Source of the DNA: Candidatus Poribacteria bacterium
Lineage (GTDB): Bacteria; Poribacteria; WGA-4E; PCPOR2b
DNA: 64,000 nucleotides
Reading direction: 5' to 3'
NCBI GenBank assembly: GCA_965116925.1
Contig: OZ220744.1
Location: 5,472,001 to 5,536,000, forward strand
The notes under the pieces were generated by a model. The model searched no databases and was not told the DNA's origin. It saw nothing but the letters and a program-made list of their open reading frames with translations. The translations under genes and the position numbers were made by a program. Of this stretch, positions 1 through 9,154 are shown one piece after another. How positions within the stretch are numbered: the stretch's first letter is position 1; every line of letters begins with the position of its first letter.

Positions 1-1
1 G

Positions 2-553
2 GTAGTGGTCGCGCGCTCTCATGAATAATTCCTTGGTTTTGCCGATGACTATGTTCATAGTTACATCTTCATCAAATTGTTGGGTATAGATATACGCGTC
101 AATCGCTTGGGCTTTTTTGTCGATTGCTTCAGTCACATCTGGTTTATCCGATCTCATCACAATATAACCGGAACCGACCTCTGTTATTGCTATCTCTAAT
201 TCATGGACAGCTTCAGCCGGTGTTTGATTTGTTAATTCAGTTGTCCAAGAGGGCCAGTTCGGTCCAGCATAATCAAGTCCATATTCGTAGCAGGTTGCTC
301 CAAGATCATTATGGACTTCAGCGTTGTCTGGACGCATCTCTAGAGCTGCTTCGTAAATCTGGATAGCCGCAGTATGTCTTTTTGCGTTATGAGCGACCGC
401 AGCTTGCTCACGCAAACTCTTAAATTCCTGCCCTTCCAAATTGATGGCTTCTCGAGATGCCATCTGATCACCGGTCTGCATATAGAAGATAAGCGGGACA
501 ACTACAATGAGAGATAAACAAAGGAATATAATTGTTGGCAATTGTAAACGCAT
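2..553 (-). CDS. TPR-containing membrane-anchored protein, partial (runs off window start)
   Basis: Hand-translated; absent from the ORF track. ATG at 553 preceded by GAGG. MRLQLPTIIFLCLSLIVVVPLIFY is a TM/signal anchor, then a TPR-like segment AAIQIYEAALEMRPDNAEVHNDLG. Frame is open to the window edge. Confidence 0.8.
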   Translation of the reverse strand, partial: MRLQLPTIIFLCLSLIVVVPLIFYMQTGDQMASREAINLEGQEFKSLREQAAVAHNAKRHTAAIQIYEAALEMRPDNAEVHNDLGATCYEYGLDYAGPNWPSWTTELTNQTPAEAVHELEIAITEVGSGYIVMRSDKPDVTEAIDKKAQAIDAYIYTQQFDEDVTMNIVIGKTKELFMRARDHY

Positions 554-647
554 TTTTCCTCACCTCTTGTTTTTAAGAATATGGCAATAATACATCCTAG
601 CCAATTATAAACACCGCGCAATGGCTGAAGTTGCGATTCATCTATGT

Positions 648-2078
648 TCAGCGGACAACTAAATCGGACAATTCTCTCTGTCTACCGTCCCGCTCAAAGT
701 ACAGACTAATCCGTTGAGGGGGCTGTAACTGGTTTATGATACGTTTGAAATCTTCGAGCGAATTCACCTTGAGCCTGTTAATGCGGTGAATGAGATCGCC
801 TCGTTTCAATCCACGCTCCGCCAATGTGCCTCCTGGCTGGACCTTTGTAACAAGGACACCACGTTGTGTGTATTTCTCTGTCTGTTGCCGATTTAATTGT
901 TCAATTGTGATACCCCAGCCGGGTACGGCGTAACTCCATTGAAGCTCCCGTATTCTTAGGCGCAGATCTCTGCGTTTTCCATCACGGAGCATTCGGAAGG
1001 TCGTTGTCTGGTCTTCGCGGAGGAGACGAGTAATTGCCAAAAATGTCTCCGAATCGGATATCGGTTTCTGATCTATTGCTTCAATGACATCGCGGCGCCG
1101 GATGCCTGCTGCTTCTGCTGGACTCCCCTTTTTTACTCCCGCGACCAACACACCGATTCCTTCTTCCAAATCGAGTGCGTCTGCCAATCTCTGCGTTAAA
1201 TCTTGGGGTTCAATACCAATTTCCGGTGGTACAACCGCCCCGTAGGTAACCAATTGATCGACGACTTTTTGGACAACATTAACCGGAATGGCAAAACCGA
1301 CGCCTTGTGAGCCACCGCTTGTGGAATAGATCGCCGTGTTGATACCAATCAACTGTCCATATAGGTTGACGAGTCCTCCGCCGCTATTGCCCGGATTAAT
1401 GGAAGCATCCGTTTGGATGAGGTCGCGGTACAGTCGATCTTCCGTCTTCAGGGAGCGACCCGTTGCACTCACCACACCGACAGTGACAGTCGGGCTTGCA
1501 TCTTCAACCATAGTTGCAAAGGGATGTCCGATTGCAATTGCCCATTCCCCGATCAGCAGATCCTCTGCGTTTCCTAACTCAATCGCTTTCAGTTTTGGTG
1601 TGTCAATTTTTAAGATAGCGAGGTCTGTAAGGAAGTCCTCCCCGACAACTTCGGCACTCGCTACCCGCCCATCTGAAAGGAGTACCGTTGTTGCATCTGC
1701 TCCCTCAATAACGTGCTGATTGGTAATTACATAGCCTTTTCGGTCAAAAATTACTCCAGATCCAAGTCCATGTAGGGTACGCCGCTGTGGGACCCTGAAA
1801 GGAAAATCGAAAAACGGTGCCCAAGGATCGTCAAAAAATGGAGACACATTTACCATCTGTGTTGTCGTCCGCGTTGTGCTGATATTAACGACGGCAGGAC
1901 TCGCATACTCAACGGCGTTGACAATGGCGTTTCGACGGGAAGTTGACACATCCGCTTGCCGCTCTGGCTTCGATTGGGCTTCCCCTGTTTGAGGAGTCGC
2001 AATCAATAAACAAAGGAGTAAAATGTGAATCGCAAAATTCCTATAGATATTAAGACTCCGTTGAATACATAACTTCAA
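648..2078 (-). CDS. degP: HtrA/DegP-family serine protease with two PDZ domains
   Basis: Signal peptide, GSGVI, TNQHV, DLAILK and TDASINPGNSGG catalytic motifs, two PDZ domains. Exact start is uncertain because it overlaps the MTase stop. Confidence 0.92.
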   Translation of the reverse strand: MKLCIQRSLNIYRNFAIHILLLCLLIATPQTGEAQSKPERQADVSTSRRNAIVNAVEYASPAVVNISTTRTTTQMVNVSPFFDDPWAPFFDFPFRVPQRRTLHGLGSGVIFDRKGYVITNQHVIEGADATTVLLSDGRVASAEVVGEDFLTDLAILKIDTPKLKAIELGNAEDLLIGEWAIAIGHPFATMVEDASPTVTVGVVSATGRSLKTEDRLYRDLIQTDASINPGNSGGGLVNLYGQLIGINTAIYSTSGGSQGVGFAIPVNVVQKVVDQLVTYGAVVPPEIGIEPQDLTQRLADALDLEEGIGVLVAGVKKGSPAEAAGIRRRDVIEAIDQKPISDSETFLAITRLLREDQTTTFRMLRDGKRRDLRLRIRELQWSYAVPGWGITIEQLNRQQTEKYTQRGVLVTKVQPGGTLAERGLKRGDLIHRINRLKVNSLEDFKRIINQLQPPQRISLYFERDGRQRELSDLVVR

Positions 2079-3096
2079 AGATATTATCTCCGCGTGTCCG
2101 AATTTCTTTTAAGTCATTCAACAAAACAGACTGTTCTTGGCTCGTCACGACCGGAAAACCGTAATACTTGTTTGTATACTTCAACGGTCCCGAGTTTTGG
2201 ACCCGGCTTTTGACAAACTCAAAATGTGTTATCAATCTGTCGTGCAAATAGTCGTTTGAAAAATCGACAATATCGCATACAATAGGGCAAATTGCCTGCT
2301 GAAAACTTTTGTCGATTTCAACACCGATACTATTGCGCCCCGATGTCATCGCAGCTGCAATTGTGGTTCCTGTGCCTAAAAATGGATCGAGTACCACATC
2401 GCCTTTCACAGAGTACATATTGATTAGTCGATACGCCAAATCAAACGGAAATGCAGCACTCCGCAATCGGGAGGTTGTATTAGAAAGTTTTTGCTCTGTT
2501 CCCTTAATATCTGTCCAAATATCCGAATACCAGATATTTCTCTCCTCCCAAAACAGCGCACTTTCGCGTCTGTTCTTTTTTTCTTCCTCTGTCTTAAATT
2601 CTCTTTTAGAACCTTTCCTCACTATCAGAATGTACTCGTGTTCCAGAGTAACATAAGCGCCGGCAGGCAGCATACCTGAACCCATAAATTTATTAGGTGC
2701 ATTGGTCTGTTTGCGCCAAAGGATATCAGGTAGTGCTGAAAATCCGATATCTAAGAGGTAATTCAGGATTCTTGCATGATTCGGATACAAACAAAAATCA
2801 ACCTTTATCTTTCGCGTCGCATCGCCGATATTGATGCAGGCAAATCGACCATCCTTTAGAACTCTGAACAGCTCATCCCATACAGGATTGAGAATCTCGT
2901 GCATCAGCTCATAAGCCTGTCTACCATCGCCATGCGCTAATGCCTTCCGAATTTCTATGTTTTGACTGCCAAACATATCATCCCACATACCAATCATGGG
3001 ATACGGCGGAGAGGTAACTACCAGATCAACGCTCTCCGAAGCGATTTCTTTCAAATCTCTTGCATCTTGAAAAAAGATCTTATGGATAGTTTTCAT
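2050..3096 (-). CDS. Site-specific DNA methyltransferase (N4C/N6A, beta class)
   Basis: Catalytic VTSPPY near the N-terminus and SAM-binding DPFLGTGTT near the C-terminus. Confidence 0.92.
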   Translation of the reverse strand: MKTIHKIFFQDARDLKEIASESVDLVVTSPPYPMIGMWDDMFGSQNIEIRKALAHGDGRQAYELMHEILNPVWDELFRVLKDGRFACINIGDATRKIKVDFCLYPNHARILNYLLDIGFSALPDILWRKQTNAPNKFMGSGMLPAGAYVTLEHEYILIVRKGSKREFKTEEEKKNRRESALFWEERNIWYSDIWTDIKGTEQKLSNTTSRLRSAAFPFDLAYRLINMYSVKGDVVLDPFLGTGTTIAAAMTSGRNSIGVEIDKSFQQAICPIVCDIVDFSNDYLHDRLITHFEFVKSRVQNSGPLKYTNKYYGFPVVTSQEQSVLLNDLKEIRTRGDNIFEVMYSTES

Positions 3097-3234
3097 AGAC
3101 AGGCTCGCGTGGTGTAGTGCGAAACTATCCGATAAAGGATTGTTGGATTCACTGAGTGATGGGTCCCGCCCCCAAACAGCATAGCGTTATCATATATAGC
3201 CTTTTAATCGACGGGAAAATTTGGTTTGGGGTTT

Positions 3235-3264
3235 ATTATATGCTTCTTAGCCAACCGTTGTCAA
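3235..3264 (-). promoter_or_regulatory. Sigma70-type promoter of the methyltransferase gene
   Basis: Minus-strand TTGACA (3264-3259), 18-bp spacer, TATAAT (3240-3235). Confidence 0.7.
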
Positions 3265-3379
3265 CGGCAGAAATTTGCAAAGTGTCCAGATAGCCTTCAA
3301 TTGACAAAATCTCAACTGCAATTTTCTACTCCTTATATATTCGTCGAAATTTTTTGCGGTTGATGGTATAATAATTCCC

Positions 3380-3997
3380 ATGAAAACAATCAACGTAACA
3401 GTTTATTCGGACTATGTTTGTCCATACTGCTACATCGGTGCAGCGCGAGTACAGCAACTTCAACAGGAGTATGATCCACCGGTTGTCTGGAAGAGCTTTG
3501 AACTTCACCCGGAAGCACCGGCAGGAGGCATCCCACCTTCAATGTTTTATCAGGACAATCCGAATCTCAAACGGATTTCTGAAAACGCGCAACAGTTGGC
3601 GGTGGCTGCCAATTTGCAACTCCCCGATCACGTCATTTATTCTAATTCCCGACTTGCACTAGAGTTGGGTGAATTTGCCGAGCAATCTGGGAAGGGCGAA
3701 CCGTTCCGAGCAGCACTATTTGACTCATACTTCGAGCAGATACAGGATATGGGAGATGAATCGGTGCTTTTAGACGTTGCTGAAGAAGTTGGGATCCCCA
3801 GAGAGGCAGCAGCTGAATGTCTTTCCGAGCGCACGATGAAGACTCACGTCGATTTACAGATACAGGAAGCACGAGGATATGGTATCACCGGTGTCCCCAC
3901 ATTTATCATTGGAAAATATATGGTTGTCGGTGCACAACCTTATTCCGTGCTCAAACAGGCGTTTGAGTTGGGGTTGGAAGAAGAGGACGCTCGTTAA
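3380..3997 (+). CDS. DsbA-family (FrnE-like) oxidoreductase
   Basis: SDYVCPYCYIG motif and GITGVPTF cis-Pro loop. Confidence 0.9.
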   Translation: MKTINVTVYSDYVCPYCYIGAARVQQLQQEYDPPVVWKSFELHPEAPAGGIPPSMFYQDNPNLKRISENAQQLAVAANLQLPDHVIYSNSRLALELGEFAEQSGKGEPFRAALFDSYFEQIQDMGDESVLLDVAEEVGIPREAAAECLSERTMKTHVDLQIQEARGYGITGVPTFIIGKYMVVGAQPYSVLKQAFELGLEEEDAR

Positions 3998-4082
3998 ACC
4001 GATCTGAATATTTTGGAGAATGTGAAACGGAATTTATTCATTTGGCAATTTTCAACCCAATTAATCAGGAGGGAGGAATATC

Positions 4083-4871
4083 ATGGGTTTGGATACAAAA
4101 TACGACATCGATCAGATGATGGAGGAGTGGCGGATTAACGGCTTCGTCGTCTTCGAGGATCTGATACCGACAGAAACAATCGACCGTATCCTTAAGGCGT
4201 GGATACCGGTTCGAGACCGCGACATTGAGCGGCAAGGGAAGTATCCACCCCGCGGCTATCATCGCTATAATGTGCGTGTGCCATTCGACCGACCTTTTGT
4301 AGATCCGGTGATCTTTGAGCATCCCGCTCTCGTTGCATTTCTGGAGCGTGTACTTGGTCCAGATTACGTCTGGACACACTTCGATTCTAATATACCGCTG
4401 CCGGGAACAGATTATCAGCGGTGGCACCGGGATGGCAAAGCATCCCTTTTCCCGGGAATTAAGATGCCAGCGTTCTCTGTCGGTGTCAAGTTTCCACTCG
4501 TTGACACAAACGAAGAGAATGGAAGCTTTGAAGTAATTCCGGGGACCCAATATGTAGGCGAGGAGGGCTTACCCACCAACTTAAACGACGTTTTTGGCGA
4601 GGGGCTCAATCGCCACGGTAACTATCACCCAATCCGTCTCAATCTGAAGAAAGGGTCTCTCTGGGTCCAAGATCCGCGCGCCTTTCACCGCGGCACACCG
4701 AATAGATCAAATCACCCGCGCGATGAACTGTGTATGGCATTCAGCGTCCCGTGGCTATTCAGCCAATGGCTGCATGAGTACACCGAAAAGCATTTTCCAC
4801 GGGACCTCTGGGAAAGTCTGCCTCCTCACGCTCAACAGGTGTTGAAATGGCAGCGGGTTAAAGATGCGTGA
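4083..4871 (+). CDS. Phytanoyl-CoA dioxygenase (PhyH) family Fe(II)/2-oxoglutarate dioxygenase
   Basis: WHRD (HxD) motif, NGSFEVIPGT, distal HRG and R; SD GGAGG. Confidence 0.88.
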   Translation: MGLDTKYDIDQMMEEWRINGFVVFEDLIPTETIDRILKAWIPVRDRDIERQGKYPPRGYHRYNVRVPFDRPFVDPVIFEHPALVAFLERVLGPDYVWTHFDSNIPLPGTDYQRWHRDGKASLFPGIKMPAFSVGVKFPLVDTNEENGSFEVIPGTQYVGEEGLPTNLNDVFGEGLNRHGNYHPIRLNLKKGSLWVQDPRAFHRGTPNRSNHPRDELCMAFSVPWLFSQWLHEYTEKHFPRDLWESLPPHAQQVLKWQRVKDA

Positions 4872-4957
4872 AGAGCGTGAAACGTGATGCGTGAAACGTA
4901 AAAGCAATTTCTTCATTGATTGATTAGTTCATTAGGTTAATATAAAAGGAGATTTCT

Positions 4958-5758
4958 ATGCGTTTGAAAGATCGGGTTGCTATTGTCACCGGTGGCGGTG
5001 GCGGGATGGGAACCGGTATCAGCCTGTGCCTCGCTAGGGAAGGTGCGAACATTGTTGTGTCGGATGTGAATCTTGAGGCTGCCCAGGGGTGTGTGGAAAA
5101 GATTGAAGGGACAGGTCAACGCGGATTGGCAGTCCAATCAGACGTGACTAAGGAAGCAGACTGTACTGTCCTAGTGGAGGAAACACTCAAAACATTCGGA
5201 CAGGCAGATATTCTAGTCAACAACGCCGGGCATTTTGGTGAGAATCTTGGGCTGCCCTTCACCAATCAAACAGAGGCGGACTGGGACGATAATTTAGCTG
5301 TCCACGTCAAGGGTCCCTTCTTCCTCTGTAAAGCCGTTGCTTCGCACATGATCGAGCGGAAGTTTGGGAAGATTATCAATATTTCGTCGATTGCGGCAAA
5401 GCGAGACCCGCAGATTGCACCGGCTTACGCTGCCGCTAAGAATGCCTTGTTGAACCTGACACGACTAGTGGCTAAAGACTTTGGTCCCCATAACATCAAT
5501 GTTAATGCGATCTGTCCGGGGATGCTCTGGACCGGGTTCTGGCACAGGCTCGCACCGTTAATCGCCGAGAACGACCCGACTTACGCAGATCTTGAACCGC
5601 GTGCTCTGTTCGAGCAGTGGGTCAAACAGAACACACCACTCCAACGGGAGCAGACGCCGGAGGATATCGGTAACCTCGTTGTCTTCTTGTCGTCGGAGGA
5701 GTCTCGAAATATCACCGGACAAACGATCCATGTCGATGGCGGCGTATCAATGGGTTAG
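4958..5758 (+). CDS. SDR family NAD(P)-dependent oxidoreductase
   Basis: TGGGGGMG, NNAG and YAAAK motifs. Confidence 0.92.
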   Translation: MRLKDRVAIVTGGGGGMGTGISLCLAREGANIVVSDVNLEAAQGCVEKIEGTGQRGLAVQSDVTKEADCTVLVEETLKTFGQADILVNNAGHFGENLGLPFTNQTEADWDDNLAVHVKGPFFLCKAVASHMIERKFGKIINISSIAAKRDPQIAPAYAAAKNALLNLTRLVAKDFGPHNINVNAICPGMLWTGFWHRLAPLIAENDPTYADLEPRALFEQWVKQNTPLQREQTPEDIGNLVVFLSSEESRNITGQTIHVDGGVSMG

Positions 5759-5771
5759 CGAACCCCACCTG

Positions 5772-6779
5772 CTACCCGATTTGGACAACCTGTGCGCTTC
5801 GCGCAGACTCATTCAACGCGTCGCAGACACGCATCGTATTGATTGCTTCAACTTGCCAGTGCGGCTCAAGCTGCCCAGTCCGAACAATGTTTGAAAACCG
5901 TTCGATCATTCGCGCTTCTTGGATACAACCGCCGCCCTTATGTTCTTCGTTCCGTCCTTGTGCACCGTGTACCCAGAAGCGAGACGAATCTTCTTGCCGG
6001 GGTATTACGAAATCGTCGCATACAATAGACGCTTGGGTGCCAGCAACCTCAAACCACCTGCGACTCGCCGTATCATAAGCACAATCGAATGAGGCTATCC
6101 GCTCGTCTTCAAACCAGAGTGTGCCTGACAGGTTGAGTTCCACGCCACGATAATAACGTGCGGTGGCGAAAACTTGTGTTGGTAAATCGTCGAATGCCCA
6201 GAGAATGCAGCGAACGCAATAGTAACCGAGATCTCCGAGGCAACCGCCGGCAAGTTCCTTTTTTACGCGGATGTTGTCTTCTGGAATTGTGTCCCAACCG
6301 GTGGTAAATGCCGCTGTCACCCGACGCAACCGCCCCAAAGTTCCATCATCAATGACCTGCTTCATCCGAGGAGTGCGCACGTGATGGACCCACATGACGC
6401 CATCCATCAGTTGCACATTGTGCTGCTGACAGGCTTCTGCCATTGCTATTGATTTCTCTGTGTTTGCTTCCAACGGTTTTTCGCACAGTACATGCTTGCC
6501 CTGTTCCGCCGCTTTGATAGTCCATTCGGCGTGCATTGAAGGCGGCAGGGGGTTGTAGATGGCATCAATTTTTGGATCTTCAAGGAGTGCCTCATAGTTT
6601 CCGTAGGCTATTTCAACACCGTGCTCAGACGCCCAACTTTTGGCACGTTCTTCCGTTCGGCTGGCGATTGTGGTCAACTCGGTACCGTCCGCCAAGTTGA
6701 TGGCTCGTGCAACCTTTGTTGCGATCCTTGCCGTACTCAAAATTCCCCAACGCACATTTTGTTTTGCTTCACCCATCAT
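5772..6779 (-). CDS. Gfo/Idh/MocA family oxidoreductase
   Basis: WGILSTARIA, GKHVLCEKP and GGCLGDLGYY. Start placed at MMGEAK. Confidence 0.9.
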   Translation of the reverse strand: MMGEAKQNVRWGILSTARIATKVARAINLADGTELTTIASRTEERAKSWASEHGVEIAYGNYEALLEDPKIDAIYNPLPPSMHAEWTIKAAEQGKHVLCEKPLEANTEKSIAMAEACQQHNVQLMDGVMWVHHVRTPRMKQVIDDGTLGRLRRVTAAFTTGWDTIPEDNIRVKKELAGGCLGDLGYYCVRCILWAFDDLPTQVFATARYYRGVELNLSGTLWFEDERIASFDCAYDTASRRWFEVAGTQASIVCDDFVIPRQEDSSRFWVHGAQGRNEEHKGGGCIQEARMIERFSNIVRTGQLEPHWQVEAINTMRVCDALNESARSAQVVQIG

Positions 6780-6936
6780 AATTCCCTCGTTCAAAGTCCA
6801 TTTTCAATAGGATTGTTGTTGTTCAAATTTTTAATCAGTGCTATAATGCCGGTAAAACCTTGTGGAGGTTTTTAACATCTTTAAGGTCAGATTTAATGTA
6901 GCATATTCTATATCTAACAAGGAGTCAAGCACAAAA

Positions 6937-7839
6937 ATGAGACGTTTCTTATTTGCTGTATGTGTGATTTTATTTGCTATCGGAAGCACAGCGTGGGGGT
7001 GGTGGTCGGGAGGACACGGTATCCTGACGAAGGCAGCAGTTCAGGCATTGCCCGATGCGGTGCCGGAATTTTTCCGCAATGGAGAACGAATGATTGCTCA
7101 CTGTGCGTATGATCCAGATATAGCAAAGAATCGTGGGGCGCCCCATGTTAATAGTGCAGAACATCCAGAGCACTATCTCGATCTAGAACTTTTGAAGGGT
7201 AAGCCACTCCCGAAAAGCCGGTATGAGCTTATTCAGTTATGTACGGAATTGGGAATTAAGCCCGACAAGGTGGGTTTCGTGCCTTACGCCGTCGCTGAAT
7301 GGACAGAGCGTCTGGTCATCGCATTCGCCGAGCATCGGAAATGGCCCAACAATCCCCACATCCAGACCAAATGTCTGTTCTATGCCGGATTTATTGCCCA
7401 CTACGCACAGGATATGTGTCAACCCTTGCATCTGACAATTCATTTCGACGGTTGGAAACAGTCAGATGGTTCTGTCCTACATAAAGGAATCCATGAGAAA
7501 GTAGACGCACTTATCGAGTATTTAGAGTTTGATCCGTCGGCTCTGGCAAAAGATCAGGAGATTCAACCGCTAGAGGATCTGATGGCTGGTATTGTGGATG
7601 AGTTCCATGCGGGGTTTGCACTCCTTAACCGGGTGTATGAACTGGGGGAGAGTCTGCCATCCTTTCGAGACAAAGACTGGGAACGCGTCCCGGAAGTCGT
7701 CGATTTTGCGACTGAGCGTGCGCGTGAAGCTACACGTTTTACAGCTGCACTCTACCTGACAGCTTGGGAATTGTCGGATAAAATTAAGCTGGAGGGTTGG
7801 CTGAATCGGGCACAAGACGATGGGGAGACAACGCAATAA
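6937..7839 (+). CDS. Secreted S1/P1 nuclease / zinc-dependent phospholipase C fold protein
   Basis: Signal peptide ending AWG, mature N-terminus WWSGGH, and HYAQDMCQPLH and HEKVD zinc-ligand motifs. SD AAGGAG. Confidence 0.75.
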   Translation: MRRFLFAVCVILFAIGSTAWGWWSGGHGILTKAAVQALPDAVPEFFRNGERMIAHCAYDPDIAKNRGAPHVNSAEHPEHYLDLELLKGKPLPKSRYELIQLCTELGIKPDKVGFVPYAVAEWTERLVIAFAEHRKWPNNPHIQTKCLFYAGFIAHYAQDMCQPLHLTIHFDGWKQSDGSVLHKGIHEKVDALIEYLEFDPSALAKDQEIQPLEDLMAGIVDEFHAGFALLNRVYELGESLPSFRDKDWERVPEVVDFATERAREATRFTAALYLTAWELSDKIKLEGWLNRAQDDGETTQ

Positions 7840-7859
7840 TTAGAGGATCTCGTACTAAA

Positions 7860-7892
7860 AGAAACCGAGTTTTTGACAAGAACTCGGTTTCT
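7860..7892. repeat. REP-like palindrome AGAAACCGAGTT-N-AACTCGGTTTCT (copy 1)
   Basis: 12-bp perfect inverted repeat; a second copy lies at 28851-28884. Confidence 0.75.
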
Positions 7893-7916
7893 AATACTTG
7901 CGTGAGGAATATTTGA

Positions 7917-9113
7917 ATGGCTGCGAATAAGATAGTTGATATACAGGTGTGTGAATTGCAACCGCCACCGCCGAGCGAAGAAGGAACGCCAGCCCGTCGC
8001 CCGTCTTGGGGGCATACATTTGTGCAGGCCACTCCCATGGACAGATTCGACCAACCGGTCCATCGACGGGGGCCGGGTGGATTGGTATGGGTTAAGGCCA
8101 TAGCTGATGACGGAACTTGGGGTTTGGGCCTTGCTGACACAGGTCACGTAGCGACGATACTTATTAAGGAATGTCTTGCGCCGTTAGTCATCGGGCAAGA
8201 GGTGGGGGCGATTGACCTTTGCAACGATTTGATGTGGCGCGGGACACTCGCCTTCGGCAATGAAGGCTTGACAGCACACGCTGTGGCTGGTGTGGATCTC
8301 GCGCTGTGGGATTTGTGGGGTAAAATCCTAGATCAGCCGGTCTACCGACTCGCTGGCGGACCTGCACGGCGCTCAATGGAGGTGTATGTAACCGGCAACG
8401 ATGTGGATTGGAGTATAGAGCTCGGATTCAAAAAGTTCAAGCTAGCGCGCCCCTATGGAGTCTACGATGGGCAGGCTGGAATTGATGGCACAGTGGAGCT
8501 AATCGCAAAGACCCGCGAATTGATCGGTCCCGAAGCGGATCTGATGCTCGACTGCTGGATGGCTTATGATGCCGATTACGCCGTGCAGATGTGCGAAGCC
8601 CTACGTCCCTACCGGATGCGGTGGATGGAGGAGATGTTAGTTCCGCACGATTGGAAAGGGTTAAAAGCCGTGCGTCAGCGTGTTCCATGGCAGACCCTTG
8701 CCACCGGAGAGCATTGGACAACGCGTTTGCCCGGCATGAGAGCGGTAGAGGAAAGTCTGATAGACCTCGTACAAGCAGACCTCCACTGGATCGGTGGTTT
8801 TACAGAAGCAATGAAACTGGCTCACTTTGCAGATGCAGCCGGCATTCCAATGTGCCTGCACACCGGTGCCAACAATCCTTATGGACAACACTGGACTGCC
8901 GCGATGCCTAACACACCGTTGATTGAACTCTTTCAGGCTTCGGCACCGGGTATACCGTTGGAGGAGTGTTACCTAGGTGCTTCCTCGGAGTCAGGCCGAC
9001 ACTGTTATCGAACCCCGCCGGGAACACGGATGCCGGTTGATGGCAAGTTAGGTCTACCCTCGGGACCTGGGTTTGGGCTTCAGGTGCCGGAGGAGTGGCT
9101 GCAACCGATTTGA
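7917..9113 (+). CDS. Mandelate racemase/enolase superfamily protein (L-rhamnonate dehydratase-like)
   Basis: AGVDLALWDLWGK, KKFKL, MLDCW, WMEE and ATGEH motifs. Confidence 0.85.
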   Translation: MAANKIVDIQVCELQPPPPSEEGTPARRPSWGHTFVQATPMDRFDQPVHRRGPGGLVWVKAIADDGTWGLGLADTGHVATILIKECLAPLVIGQEVGAIDLCNDLMWRGTLAFGNEGLTAHAVAGVDLALWDLWGKILDQPVYRLAGGPARRSMEVYVTGNDVDWSIELGFKKFKLARPYGVYDGQAGIDGTVELIAKTRELIGPEADLMLDCWMAYDADYAVQMCEALRPYRMRWMEEMLVPHDWKGLKAVRQRVPWQTLATGEHWTTRLPGMRAVEESLIDLVQADLHWIGGFTEAMKLAHFADAAGIPMCLHTGANNPYGQHWTAAMPNTPLIELFQASAPGIPLEECYLGASSESGRHCYRTPPGTRMPVDGKLGLPSGPGFGLQVPEEWLQPI

Positions 9114-9154
9114 CACAGCCCAACGCAGTCAAGAATTGGTAAAAGAGCGGTAAA

